Assembly (NCBI GenBank): GCA_001029775.1
Contig: CP011215.1
Coordinates: forward strand, 357,722-421,721
Direction of reading: 5' to 3'
DNA length: 64,000 nt
From: Candidatus Campbellbacteria bacterium GW2011_OD1_34_28
GTDB taxonomy: Bacteria > Patescibacteriota > Minisyncoccia > Phycocordibacterales > UBA12079
The position numbers and the translations under genes are program-made. Shown one piece after another: positions 38,400 to 48,302 of this stretch (its first letter is position 1; each line of letters opens with the position of its first letter). Below the pieces are notes generated by a model. The model was not told where the DNA came from. It did not search any database and worked only from the letters and a program-made list of their open reading frames with translations.

Positions 38400-38780
38400 A
38401 TGATAACTACGTCATTTATAATTTCCTTGAGTTTGTTAGCTTTGTTGTTTGGTCTAAAAATTTTTGAAACCAAAACAAACAAAGTAATCATTTCCAAGGA
38501 AATTTTAGATAAGAGTGATGATAAATTGAAGCAATTCTTTATTTATATTTTTCGTCATTATAAAAAATTCTTGTTTGAAGTTTATAAATTACCTAAATTT
38601 TTTGAAGAAATAAAAAAAGATTTGAAGAAATTTTTTGCAACAAAAAGAGACAGAATCGCGACAAAAGTAATCAGAGCTTTGAATATTCACAACATCAAAG
38701 ACATTGATAGAAATAGAGGATCGGTGTCTCTTTTTTTAAGGACAATTTCCGAAGAAAAGGAGAGAAACAAAGGGTTGTAA
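38400..38780 (+). CDS. Hypothetical membrane protein
   Basis: N-terminal TM helix; Lys-rich; no family recognised. Confidence 0.4.
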   Translation: MITTSFIISLSLLALLFGLKIFETKTNKVIISKEILDKSDDKLKQFFIYIFRHYKKFLFEVYKLPKFFEEIKKDLKKFFATKRDRIATKVIRALNIHNIKDIDRNRGSVSLFLRTISEEKERNKGL

Positions 38781-38810
38781 TTTTTTCATAATAATATATA
38801 ATTTTTTATC

Positions 38811-38884
38811 AGTTGGTAGTTGGTAGTTGGTAGTTGGTAGTTGGTAGTTGGTAGTTGGTAGTTGGTAGTTGGTAGTTGGTAGTT
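38811..38884. repeat. Heptanucleotide microsatellite (GTTGGTA)x~10 abutting the tRNA 5' end
   Basis: Unit matches the tRNA D-loop sequence cagttggtag. Confidence 0.85.
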
Positions 38885-38957
38885 GCCATCTTAGCTCAGT
38901 TGGTAGAGCAACGGTTTTGTAAACCGTAGGTCCTCGGTTCGAATCCGAGAGATGGCT
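38885..38957 (+). tRNA. tRNA-Thr (anticodon UGU)
   Basis: Cloverleaf: acceptor gccatct/agatggc, D-arm gctc-agttggtag-agc, anticodon stem acggt/accgt with loop tttgtaa, T-arm ctcgg-ttcgaat-ccgag. Confidence 0.85.
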
Positions 38958-39147
38958 CAGAAAAAGTTTACAGTTAACAGTAAACAGTTTACAGTAACAA
39001 AAAAATCCCTGCGGGGATTTTTTGTTTGTTGCTCTAACGACTGAGCTAGCTCAGTAGGATAAAAAGCAAACTGCTTTGCTTTTTATCCGGTTTTTGCTTT
39101 AGCAAAAAATTTCCGTTATCGAGTGAAGCGAGATAGGAAATAGGTGG

Positions 39148-39181
39148 GAGAGCAACGGTTTTGTAAACCGTAGGTCCTCGG
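39148..39181 (+). other. Partial duplicate of tRNA-Thr (D-stem 3' strand through T-stem 5' strand)
   Basis: agagcaacggttttgtaaaccgtaggtcctcgg identical to the intact tRNA; remaining T-loop/acceptor piece at 39483-39498 beyond the GIY-YIG gene. Confidence 0.6.
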
Positions 39182-39224
39182 CCCGCCCAGCACTCAATTT
39201 TATTTTTTTTGATATAATTTTTGC

Positions 39225-39473
39225 ATGTACTATTTTTATGTTTTAAAAAATAATGAGAATGAATTATATTATGGTTCAACGAGTGATATCAAAAAAAGAA
39301 TTTTTGAACATAATAATAACCGCTCAATTTCTACTAAAGGAAAAACTTGGAAATTAATTTATTACGAAGCATATTTATTTGAAGATGATGCCCGTAATCG
39401 TGAGCATCAAATTAAGCATCACGGACAAGCAAAGAGGTGGTTGAAAGAGAGAATCAAAAATTCTTTGAAATAA
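39225..39473 (+). CDS. GIY-YIG nuclease family protein (82 aa) inserted in tRNA-Thr duplicate
   Basis: YYFYVLKN..ELYYGSTSDIKKRIFEHNN; flanked by inverted cccagcactcaatttt / aaattgagtgctggg. Confidence 0.8.
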   Translation: MYYFYVLKNNENELYYGSTSDIKKRIFEHNNNRSISTKGKTWKLIYYEAYLFEDDARNREHQIKHHGQAKRWLKERIKNSLK

Positions 39474-39575
39474 AATTGAGTGCTGGGTTAAAATCCGAGA
39501 GATGGCTCAGAAAAAGTTTACAGTTAACAGTAAACAGTTTACAGTAACAAAAAAATCCCTGCGGGGATTTTTTTG

Positions 39576-39790
39576 TTTTGAATGAGACGAAGTTTCGTCC
39601 GTCTTTGCGAGGTACGAAGCAATTCACGACGGACGTGGATCGCTTCACTATTGTTCGCGAAGACGGAATTTCGCAAAGCGAAATTCCGTTCGACCCGTCC
39701 GTCATTGCGAGCGGTAGCGAAGCAATCCACAAAAACTGTTTAGATTTTGTTTTTTTAGGGCTTAGTGATGTTTTCAACACATGAATCTTT
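39576..39790. repeat. Family-A repeat cluster (forward, inverted, forward copies plus the hairpin gacggaatttcgcaaagcgaaattccgt)
   Basis: Direct sequence match to the repeat consensus. Confidence 0.75.
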
Positions 39791-39887
39791 AAAGGACCGT
39801 TTTTTGTTGACATTTTTTCGCTCTTGGTTAAGAATGATGAGGAAACCGGCTTTGTTGACCAAAGCCATTGTACCTTAAAATCTTGCT

Positions 39888-41123
39888 TTGTTGATCAAAG
39901 TGAGAAAAATGGAGGATGCCATGACAAACATTGAATGTGAAGATCCAAAAGAAACAGAGAGAAGGGAAAAAGAAACGGGTTTATTATCTTTGATTAGTTC
40001 TTATGGCTGGATATTACATCACCCGATTTTACTTTCTGTGGTAGAGGACGCTCCATCCCCAAAGTCTGCCGATAATTACATTATGACGCAGTTTAGCGGA
40101 TGCAGTACGGGCAGAAACATATTGGCACAGGCGGTTAGAAATGCCGTAAGAATAAAAGAGAAGGTTGAAAAGGGTGTCTGGGCAGAATTGCTTAAAAAAG
40201 AAAAAAATGCTCGTCTGTCAGATTTGTTTTGTTTTGATCATGGGGAACCTGTCGATATAGAAATGGGTGGGCAACAGATTACTTTTTCTACGGACATAAA
40301 ATTTTCAGATAGAACAATAGCTTGTTCTCACTGGCCGTTGTTTCTAAGAGAGTTTTGTCGCGAAAGCGATGACTACAAAGAAACCAGTGTTGATTGCCCT
40401 GGTGATGATTTTGTTTTTGGAGATGTCGACGAACTGGGAGAATCTTTTTGGAATGATCGTTCATTTAAAAGGGAAGTATCATCCAAAAATTATAAGATTG
40501 AAACCTCTGCGGTGAGAAGAGAATTTCCTCTCCCAAAGTGTGCTTTCTATCAGATTTTTATCAAGGACAAATTTATTCTTAAAAGTCAGATCGTAAAAGT
40601 TAAACCAAAGAAAGGAGAAATTTATCATCGTTTCTATAAAATCGTTTCTATTTATAACAAGGATTGTTATGGAGGCTTATGCGAATCTATCGATATCTCT
40701 TATCCTATTGATTCATTCAACAATCGTAGAAGAGAAGGCCTTCTCACTTTTAGTAAAGAAGTAAGTCCAGTAGACGGCAGAAATAACGGCCAGCTCTATG
40801 TTTTGTTGAGATTGAATTTTTTATTCGGAAATGATTTTCTCCTTATACCTAAGGGAAATGGTACTGGTGGAGAAAACGATTTTTTGAATTACATCAGTGT
40901 CAGAAGCAAACTGTGCCAAGAGAATCTTTTGTTCCAACCGATGTCTCCGGCTCCGAGTTGTGAGGTTGTCGGGCGAGCTGTTTCCAGACTATACGAAGAC
41001 TTTCTTTGTGCATGGAATTTTTACACAAAAAACAAAATCAGTCTGTGTGGTATTTTAGATCAGGGGCTGCTTAAAAATCCTCCCGATAATTTGCTCGATT
41101 TTTTCACAGGGAAAAAAATGTAA
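39888..41123 (+). CDS. Hypothetical Cys-rich protein (411 aa), no recognised domain
   Basis: Long ORF with terminator hairpin ggggtcgc-ttcg-tgcgacccc at 41129-41149. Confidence 0.5.
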   Translation: MLIKVRKMEDAMTNIECEDPKETERREKETGLLSLISSYGWILHHPILLSVVEDAPSPKSADNYIMTQFSGCSTGRNILAQAVRNAVRIKEKVEKGVWAELLKKEKNARLSDLFCFDHGEPVDIEMGGQQITFSTDIKFSDRTIACSHWPLFLREFCRESDDYKETSVDCPGDDFVFGDVDELGESFWNDRSFKREVSSKNYKIETSAVRREFPLPKCAFYQIFIKDKFILKSQIVKVKPKKGEIYHRFYKIVSIYNKDCYGGLCESIDISYPIDSFNNRRREGLLTFSKEVSPVDGRNNGQLYVLLRLNFLFGNDFLLIPKGNGTGGENDFLNYISVRSKLCQENLLFQPMSPAPSCEVVGRAVSRLYEDFLCAWNFYTKNKISLCGILDQGLLKNPPDNLLDFFTGKKM

Positions 41124-41261
41124 TACAAGGGGTCGCTTCGTGCGACCCCTTTAAAATTGTTTATTTTCAACACTTGCTCGATTTTTAAAACCCTGTTATT
41201 ATTATTTATAGCAGTAATCTAGTCAATTACCTGCACGATTAGAAGTTTTATTGAAATAAAG

Positions 41262-41585
41262 ATGGAAAGAGATCAAGAATTTTTGGAGTTTGTAGTAAAG
41301 TCCCTAGTTGACGAACCTTCAACTGTTAAGGTTGAAAGAAAGGTTGATGAAATGGGAGTTTTGATGACTCTAGATGTAGCCCCTGGAGATATGGGCAAGA
41401 TTATTGGTAGAAGCGGTAATACTGCTAAAGCTATAAGAACATTGTTGAGAGTAGTTGGAATGAAAAACAATGCTCGTGTTAACTTAAAAATCAACGAACC
41501 AGAAGGTGGAATGAGATCTGCAAATATGGTTCAAGCTGCTGATAGCGCAAGCGTTGATGCAGCACTAGAAGATCTAAAGATGTAA
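41262..41585 (+). CDS. KH-domain RNA-binding protein (YlqC/UPF0109-like)
   Basis: GKIIGRSGNTAKAIRTL KH GxxG motif. Confidence 0.8.
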   Translation: MERDQEFLEFVVKSLVDEPSTVKVERKVDEMGVLMTLDVAPGDMGKIIGRSGNTAKAIRTLLRVVGMKNNARVNLKINEPEGGMRSANMVQAADSASVDAALEDLKM

Positions 41586-41736
41586 TAATTTAAATTGATT
41601 ATACAAGCAAAAAGTCGTATCATTTGAGTACGGCTTTTTGTTTGTATAATCAAAGCGTATAGCGTATAGGGTGTAGGGTAATAGAAAATTTTTTAAAAAT
41701 TTTACTAAACGCTACACCCTAACCCCTATAAAAGAA

Positions 41737-42387
41737 ATGATTTTTCACATAATAACATTATTTCCAAATTCTTTTGATTCGTATATAAACGAGTCTATTT
41801 TGGCACGCGCTATAAAAACAAAAAAAATAAAAATAAAATTTTATAATCCTAGAGATTTTGCCAATAATAAAAGACAAGTAGATGACAGGCCTTATGGTGG
41901 AGGTCCAGGAATGGTTATAAAGGCTGAACCCGTAATAAAAGCGGTTCTGAAAGCAATGGGGAAAAAAACTGGTGTGAAAATAATTTTCTTAAGTCCGTCA
42001 GGAAAGCAATTTGATAATTCTTATGCAAAAAAGATTTCCAAGACCCATAAAGAAATAATAATAATTGCAGGTCACTACGAAGGCATAGACGCTCGCGTGA
42101 AGAAAATATTTAAAACAGAAGATCTTACTATTGGGCCTTATGTCTTAACGGGGGGAGAATTGCCTGCAATGTTGATAGTGGATGTAATAACAAGACAAAT
42201 AGAAGGTGTTTTGGGGGATGCTCAGTCTCTCGAAGAAAACAGAAATGCATCACCAGAAGTTTACACCAGACCAGAGAGTTTCAAATATAAAAATAAAAAT
42301 TACAAAGTGCCAAAAGTTTTACTCTCAGGGAATCATAAGGAGATAGAGGAATGGCGACAAAATAAAAATTCCAAAATCGGCTCATAA
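41737..42387 (+). CDS. trmD: tRNA (guanine37-N1)-methyltransferase
   Basis: IITLFP..F; RQVDDRPYGGGPGMV. Confidence 0.93.
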   Translation: MIFHIITLFPNSFDSYINESILARAIKTKKIKIKFYNPRDFANNKRQVDDRPYGGGPGMVIKAEPVIKAVLKAMGKKTGVKIIFLSPSGKQFDNSYAKKISKTHKEIIIIAGHYEGIDARVKKIFKTEDLTIGPYVLTGGELPAMLIVDVITRQIEGVLGDAQSLEENRNASPEVYTRPESFKYKNKNYKVPKVLLSGNHKEIEEWRQNKNSKIGS

Positions 42388-42559
42388 CTTCGTCAGTTTC
42401 AGAAAAAATATTTTCACCGTATGTTCAATACGGCTCAAATATTTTTTCTTCGCTTCCTCGTTCTGCACTCGATTTATGAAATTTTTTAGAATTATTTAGT
42501 GTTTAGAATTTAGAGTTTGTAAATTATATCAGATTTTTTTTTAAAAAATCTGATATAAT

Positions 42560-43528
42560 TTGTCTATGATCTACAAATTAAAAGTAGCTGTTTTGAGAGG
42601 AGGACCTGGTCTTGAATATGAATCATCAATGAATGCTGGTTCTTATGTCTTAAAAAATTTATCTTCCGAAAAATATGTCGTCTATGATGTTTCTATCTCT
42701 AGAAATGGCGACTGGTTTTTAAATGGCATTTCAATTTCCCCCGAAAAATTACTAGGGAGAATTGATTTGGTTTTTAATGCTTTGAAGGGTGAATATTCAA
42801 GAGGAAAAATTCAGAGAATGTTGGACGATTTTGGTATTCCTTATACAGGTTCAAAAACTTTGGCTTCTGCCTTGGCAACAAATAAATTTTTAACTAAAAA
42901 AGTATATCAAGACAGCGGTATAAAGACACCTTATCACGCTTTGTTTCGAAAAGAAGATTACGATAGAAAAAAAGCCCATCAGGTTTTTAGAGAAATGCCT
43001 GCACCTTTTATAGTAAAGCCTGTAAATACAGATGTTTCTTTTGGCGTTGGTTTGGCATATACATTGGAAGAATTAATAAATCTAATTGAAGGAAATTTTG
43101 AATCGTTTGATATGGTCCTCGTTGAGGAATATATCAGAGGAAAAGAAGTTGTCTGCGGAGTAATAGACAATTTTAGAGAAACAAAAAATTATACTTTTTT
43201 ACCAACTGAGATAAAAAAGAATAAATCTTTTCTTTGTAATTTATCAAAATTGAATAATGATTTTGAGTTGATAATTCCAACTGATTTAAGTTATGATCAA
43301 AAAGAAAAAATAAAAAAAATTACCATTGATGCTCACAATGCTTTGGATTTAGGACACTACTCTCATTCTGATTTTATTGTTACAAACAAAGGTGAAATAT
43401 ATTTACTCGAAACCAATTTTATTCCTGACATTCAAGAAGGCTCTGTTTTGGAGAAAATATTAGAAGCCTCAGGAACAAATCTCTTAGAATTTATTGAGCA
43501 TTTGATTCAATCTGCAAGAAAATATTAA
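42560..43528 (+). CDS. ddl: D-alanine--D-alanine ligase
   Basis: ATP-grasp; KVAVLRGGPGLEYESS...FNALKGEYSRGKIQRMLDDFGIPYTGS. Confidence 0.88.
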   Translation: MSMIYKLKVAVLRGGPGLEYESSMNAGSYVLKNLSSEKYVVYDVSISRNGDWFLNGISISPEKLLGRIDLVFNALKGEYSRGKIQRMLDDFGIPYTGSKTLASALATNKFLTKKVYQDSGIKTPYHALFRKEDYDRKKAHQVFREMPAPFIVKPVNTDVSFGVGLAYTLEELINLIEGNFESFDMVLVEEYIRGKEVVCGVIDNFRETKNYTFLPTEIKKNKSFLCNLSKLNNDFELIIPTDLSYDQKEKIKKITIDAHNALDLGHYSHSDFIVTNKGEIYLLETNFIPDIQEGSVLEKILEASGTNLLEFIEHLIQSARKY

Positions 43529-43568
43529 AAATTTGATAAGTCTTTTCCAATAGGTTATCATAGTACTA

Positions 43569-44438
43569 ATGGATATAGAAAAATTAACAAAAGCACAAAC
43601 TGTTCTTTTGACTTTGCTGATAAGCTTTGTCACTTCTATTGCTACAGGTATTGTTACCGTCACTTTGATGGACCAGGCTCCTCCTACCATAACTCAGACA
43701 ATTCAAAGAGTTGTTACAAAAACGATTGAAACAGTTTCACCAGAAAATACACAAACTGCTTCTGCAAAAAATGATATAGTCGCTGTCAAAGAACAAAATT
43801 CAGTCGCTGATGTTGTCGACAAGACGAAAGAAATTTTTGGTAGAATCGTAAATAAAACAGAGAATGGCGAAATTTTTTCTGGGTTTGGTATTTTTGTCGA
43901 TAAAAGCGGTATTTTTATGACTAACAGTTCAAATCTTGTTGAAGGAGGAGATTACGCTGTTTACATAGGGGACAGAAAAATTGATTTACAGAAAATAAGT
44001 ATAAACGAAAGTAAGCATATCGCTTATTTGAAAGTTGTACAAAATGATTCTCCAATATTTAAAACTTTTTTTAAAGAGGCAAATATTGTCAGTCCTGATT
44101 CTTTAAAACTTGGACAATCAATTATTGTTTTGGGTGGAATTGAATCTACAGAGGTATTTACCGGTATTGTTTCAGGATTCGTAAAAGACAATTTACTAGA
44201 TGACACAGCTTCAACGACACCGTCAGAGTCTTCCGAAATTAAAGATTTATCAATTTTGGCAATAAAAACAAACGTCTCTTCACCAAGTGTTTTTGGCGGA
44301 GCCCCCGTATTAAATCTAAAAGGGGAGATAGTCGGAATCAATATTGAAACCGGAACAAATTCGTTTATCCCAGTAGATTTTGTATCTTTTGATATAAAAA
44401 ATATCTTGAATCAGGATTCTGCTAAAAAGATTGACTAA
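43569..44438 (+). CDS. Membrane-anchored trypsin-like (HtrA-like) peptidase-fold protein, probably non-catalytic
   Basis: N-terminal TM; C-terminal ...SSPSVFGGAPVLNLKGEIVGINIE resembles GNSGGPLvnl.GevIGINT with the Ser replaced. Confidence 0.4.
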   Translation: MDIEKLTKAQTVLLTLLISFVTSIATGIVTVTLMDQAPPTITQTIQRVVTKTIETVSPENTQTASAKNDIVAVKEQNSVADVVDKTKEIFGRIVNKTENGEIFSGFGIFVDKSGIFMTNSSNLVEGGDYAVYIGDRKIDLQKISINESKHIAYLKVVQNDSPIFKTFFKEANIVSPDSLKLGQSIIVLGGIESTEVFTGIVSGFVKDNLLDDTASTTPSESSEIKDLSILAIKTNVSSPSVFGGAPVLNLKGEIVGINIETGTNSFIPVDFVSFDIKNILNQDSAKKID

Positions 44439-44531
44439 CCTCTAATATATATTATATTGTAATCTTGTCTTAAAAGTTTATTAATTTTTTTTTCTAAAGA
44501 CTAAAGATTAAAGACTAAAAACTTAAAAATT

Positions 44532-47204
44532 ATGATGCCACCATTAAATCAACTAACAACAAAAGCAAAAGAAGCGATTAAAAAAGCACACGAACTTGCT
44601 ATTGAAAGAGGACAAAATCATGTCGGTCCTGTGCATCTTTTTACTGCTCTTATGTTACAAGAAGAAAGTATCGTTATTTCAGTTTTAGAAAGATTGGGTG
44701 TTGATACAATGCTTTTGACCGAATCACTTTTTGAATTACTTGAAGAACCAGAAAGAACATCTACACTTAATCCCTCATATCAAATTTATTTAACTCCAGA
44801 ATTGGCGACTGTATTGGAAAATTCTACAAAAATTTCTTCAGAAATGGGAGATGAATTTATTTCAACAGAACATTTTCTGCTTTCATTATTGGATTCTTCT
44901 GGAAGCACAAAAGAACTTATTTCTAGATTTAAGATTGAAAAAGAAGTGGTAGAAGAAGTAATCAAAGAAGTTAGAGAGGGAAAGGTTTCTGAAATGAAGC
45001 AGCCGAAAAAATTTAAGGCTTTGATTAAATATACAAGGAATCTAACTCAATTAGCTTTGGACAACAAACTTGATCCCGTGATAGGAAGAGATGCCGAGAT
45101 AAGAAGAATCATCCAGATACTTTCTCGAAGAACAAAAAATAATCCAATATTGATTGGAGAAGCAGGGGTGGGAAAGACGGCAATTGTTGAAGGATTAGCT
45201 TTGAGAATTGTTCAAGGTGATGCGCCAGAGTCGTTAAAGGGGAAAGAATTACTTTCTCTTGATTTAGGGTTGCTTGTTGCTGGAACAAAATACAGAGGAG
45301 AGTTTGAAGACAGATTAAAAGCAATAATGAAAGAGGTTGAAAAATCAAATGGAAAAGTAATTTTGTTTATAGACGAGATTCACACAATCGTTGGAGCAGG
45401 AGCGTCTGAAGGTTCAATGGATGCATCAAATATGATAAAGCCAGCCTTGGCCCGTGGAGAATTGCGCGCAATCGGAGCGACTACTTTAAAGGAATATCAA
45501 AAATATATTGAGAAAGATCCTGCATTAACAAGAAGATTCCAACCAGTTATGGTAAATGAGCCATCTCTTGAGGATGCGAGAGCCATTCTTCGTGGACTTA
45601 AAGAAAAATATGAATTGTATCACGGAGTAAAAATAACTGACGATGCTATTGTTGCGGCAGTAGATTTGTCTAGTCGTTATATTACAGACAGATTTTTGCC
45701 GGACAAGGCCGTTGATTTGATTGATGAAGCTGCTTCTTCTTTAAAAATTTCTCTTGAAAATAAACCTCCTATTTTGGAAGATGCTCATAGAAAGATAATG
45801 CAATTGGAGATTGAGAAACAGGCTTTGACCAAAGAGAAAGATGGAAAGAAAAATAGTTCTAGATTAAAAGTGATTGATTCTGAAATTGGGGAATTGAAAG
45901 AAAAAACATCTGAATTGGAATTGAAATGGAAAAATGAAAGAGATGCTCTCTCTGGTATTAAATCGATAAAAAGTCAGCTAGAAAAAATAAGATCAGAAGC
46001 TGATCAAGCCGAAGCAATAGCGGATTTGTCCAAAGCGGCCGAGATTCGTTATGTAAAAATTCCTCAATTGGAAAAAGAGCTGGAGGTAAATACAAGCAAA
46101 CTGAAAAAACTTCAAAAATCAAGAAGAATTTTAAACGAGGAAATAAATGAAAATGAAATTGCTGATATTGTTAGTCGCTGGTCTGGTGTTCCGGTAACAA
46201 GAATGTTAGAAGAAGAAGTACAAAAATTAAATAGAATAGAAGATGAATTGAAAAAAGGTGTAATCGGACAGGAAGATGCTATTAGAAAAGTTTCTGATGC
46301 AATAAAGAGATCAAGAGTAGGAATCGCTGACCCAAATAGACCGATCGGATCTTTTATGTTTTTAGGACCAACAGGTGTTGGTAAAACAGAATTAACAAAA
46401 AAGCTTGCTGGATTTTTGTTTGATGATGAAAAAGCCTTGATTCGAGTGGATATGTCCGAGTTGATGGAGAAACATTCCGTTTCTAAATTGATCGGTTCTC
46501 CTCCAGGATACATCGGGCACGATGAAGGAGGAAAACTTACTGAACAAGTTCGTCACAGACCATATTCTATAGTCTTGTTTGACGAGATAGAAAAAGCTCA
46601 CCCCGAAGTTTTCAATGTTCTTTTGCAAGTTCTTGATAATGGAAATTTGACTGACGGAAAGGGAAGAACAGTCAATTTTAAAAATACAGTTATTATAATG
46701 ACTTCAAATATTGGGTCAGAGTTTATAGATAAAATGGAAGCGATTGGTTTTGGACAAAACAAAAGCGATGTAGAAAATTATCGTGATGCAAAAACAAATG
46801 TAATGAAAGCACTAAAAGACAATTTTCGTCCCGAATTTATAAATAGATTGGATGAGATAATTATATTTGATGTTTTGTCTCCTGAAGTGATTAGAAAAAT
46901 TGTTGATATTCAGGTTGGTTTAATAGCAGAAAGATTGGAAGAAAAAGATGTGAAATTTGAAATTTCTCCAAAAGCGATAGAGCATTTAGCAAAAGAGGGA
47001 TACAACCCACAATATGGAGCAAGACCACTAAAGAGATTAATTCAAAACAAAATATTGACTCCGATTGCAAACAAAATGATTGAAAACAACATGATGTCAG
47101 GAGGGGGAGTTTTTGTGGATGAAAAGAGTGGGGAATTTGTTTTTGATGTTAAAAAGAAATCAAAAGGAAATTCTGTCAAAAAAAAAGTAAAAACGAAAGT
47201 TTAA
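44532..47204 (+). CDS. clpB: ATP-dependent chaperone ClpB
   Basis: 890 aa, Clp-N, two AAA+ modules (GEAGVGKT; GPTGVGKT), middle coiled-coil. Confidence 0.95.
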   Translation: MMPPLNQLTTKAKEAIKKAHELAIERGQNHVGPVHLFTALMLQEESIVISVLERLGVDTMLLTESLFELLEEPERTSTLNPSYQIYLTPELATVLENSTKISSEMGDEFISTEHFLLSLLDSSGSTKELISRFKIEKEVVEEVIKEVREGKVSEMKQPKKFKALIKYTRNLTQLALDNKLDPVIGRDAEIRRIIQILSRRTKNNPILIGEAGVGKTAIVEGLALRIVQGDAPESLKGKELLSLDLGLLVAGTKYRGEFEDRLKAIMKEVEKSNGKVILFIDEIHTIVGAGASEGSMDASNMIKPALARGELRAIGATTLKEYQKYIEKDPALTRRFQPVMVNEPSLEDARAILRGLKEKYELYHGVKITDDAIVAAVDLSSRYITDRFLPDKAVDLIDEAASSLKISLENKPPILEDAHRKIMQLEIEKQALTKEKDGKKNSSRLKVIDSEIGELKEKTSELELKWKNERDALSGIKSIKSQLEKIRSEADQAEAIADLSKAAEIRYVKIPQLEKELEVNTSKLKKLQKSRRILNEEINENEIADIVSRWSGVPVTRMLEEEVQKLNRIEDELKKGVIGQEDAIRKVSDAIKRSRVGIADPNRPIGSFMFLGPTGVGKTELTKKLAGFLFDDEKALIRVDMSELMEKHSVSKLIGSPPGYIGHDEGGKLTEQVRHRPYSIVLFDEIEKAHPEVFNVLLQVLDNGNLTDGKGRTVNFKNTVIIMTSNIGSEFIDKMEAIGFGQNKSDVENYRDAKTNVMKALKDNFRPEFINRLDEIIIFDVLSPEVIRKIVDIQVGLIAERLEEKDVKFEISPKAIEHLAKEGYNPQYGARPLKRLIQNKILTPIANKMIENNMMSGGGVFVDEKSGEFVFDVKKKSKGNSVKKKVKTKV

Positions 47205-47309
47205 ACAAAAAATAAACAATCCAAAGATGGATTGTTTATTTTTTTATTGATATTTGCTATTATTATTTTTAGAAAATTTAGAGGATAATTTTAAACAAGG
47301 AGGTTGATA

Positions 47310-47534
47310 GTGCACCCAATTGGAGTTGAATACGAAGAATACACTGTGGCTTTGGAAATAAATAAGATTCAAGATCCTCATCAAAAGGCTATTAGAATTA
47401 AGAAATGGGAAAAGGAGACTGGTAAAGATTTTCCGTGGGGTTTCCCGAACGCTGAATCTCTTTTGCTTGAATTTGGAGATTGGGAGAATGCTGTAAACAG
47501 TATAGCTTCTCTTTTTAAAAAACAACAGAATTGA
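47310..47534 (+). CDS. Hypothetical small protein (74 aa)
   Basis: AGGAGG SD 8 nt before GTG; terminator aaaaaacggggg-aaa-ccccgttttt directly after. Confidence 0.45.
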   Translation: MHPIGVEYEEYTVALEINKIQDPHQKAIRIKKWEKETGKDFPWGFPNAESLLLEFGDWENAVNSIASLFKKQQN

Positions 47535-47650
47535 AAAAACGGGGGAAACCCCGTTTTTGTTTTGCAAAATTATCTTTTTAGTTTATAATCAACAGGTAAT
47601 AAATGCGTCCATATTGGATAAATTTACAATAGAATATAGAATAAATGCAC

Positions 47651-47732
47651 GCGTCGGTACTCAAGTGGTCAACGAGGGCAGACTGTAAATCTGCTGGCTT
47701 AGCCTTCGCAAGTTCGAATCTTGCCCGGCGCA
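47651..47732 (+). tRNA. tRNA-Tyr (anticodon GUA), long variable arm
   Basis: Acceptor gcgtcgg/ccggcgc, anticodon stem gcaga/tctgc with loop ctgtaaa, T-arm gcaag-ttcgaat-cttgc; terminator at 47738-47770. Confidence 0.85.
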
Positions 47733-47793
47733 CAATTAAAAAAATCTGACTTTTGTCAGATTTTTTTAATTTGATTTTATAAAATTTTCTTTT

Positions 47794-47845
47794 AACAAAT
47801 CATCTTAAAATTTATGCGACCGCATAAATCTTAAGATGATTTGTT
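47794..47845. repeat. Family-P palindrome variant (aacaaatcatcttaaaatttatGCGACCGCataaatcttaagatgatttgtt)
   Basis: 52-bp perfect palindrome sharing the GCGACCGC core. Confidence 0.8.
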
Positions 47846-48140
47846 TTTTTATTTTTAAATTTAAAAATATTTAAAAAAATTTTTTTCACAAAAATATTTT
47901 TAGAAATAAAAAATAAAATTTATTTTTTTAAATTTTTTAAAAAATTTTTGTAAAAAAATTATCCACACTTTTTGCAAAAAAATATTTCTTACTTTGAAAA
48001 AAGTTGTATAATTATAGTAAAGAAAAAACATTTTTTGTTTAGACTTATTTTTAAAAATTTTTTTAAAAAAGATTTTTTGAAAATAAGTCTAACGGAAAGG
48101 TCGAATCTTTATTATTAAAAAATTAAATTTTTTAAATAAC

Positions 48141-48302
48141 ATGCCTACAAAGAAAAAAGCTGCTAAAAAAACAACAAAGAAGAAAGTTGTTAAGAAAGCT
48201 GTTAAAAAAGTAGCAAAGAAGAAAGTTGCAAAGAAGAAAGTTGCTAAAAAAACAGTTAAGAAAGTAGCAAAGAAGAAGACAGTAGCAAAGAAAAGAAAAT
48301 AA
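48141..48302 (+). CDS. Small lysine-rich basic protein (53 aa), histone H1/Hc1-like (absent from ORF track, <60 aa)
   Basis: MPTKKKAAKKTTKKKVVKKAVKKVAKKKVAKKKVAKKTVKKVAKKKTVAKKRK; terminator hairpin 48326-48352; long AT-rich upstream region. Confidence 0.55.
   Translation: MPTKKKAAKKTTKKKVVKKAVKKVAKKKVAKKKVAKKTVKKVAKKKTVAKKRK

Noticed and set aside
47244-47567. 107-aa minus-strand ORF overlapping the 47310-47534 + ORF
   Set aside because: The + strand ORF has an AGGAGG SD, a GTG start and an immediate terminator. The minus ORF runs through that terminator and the SD region.
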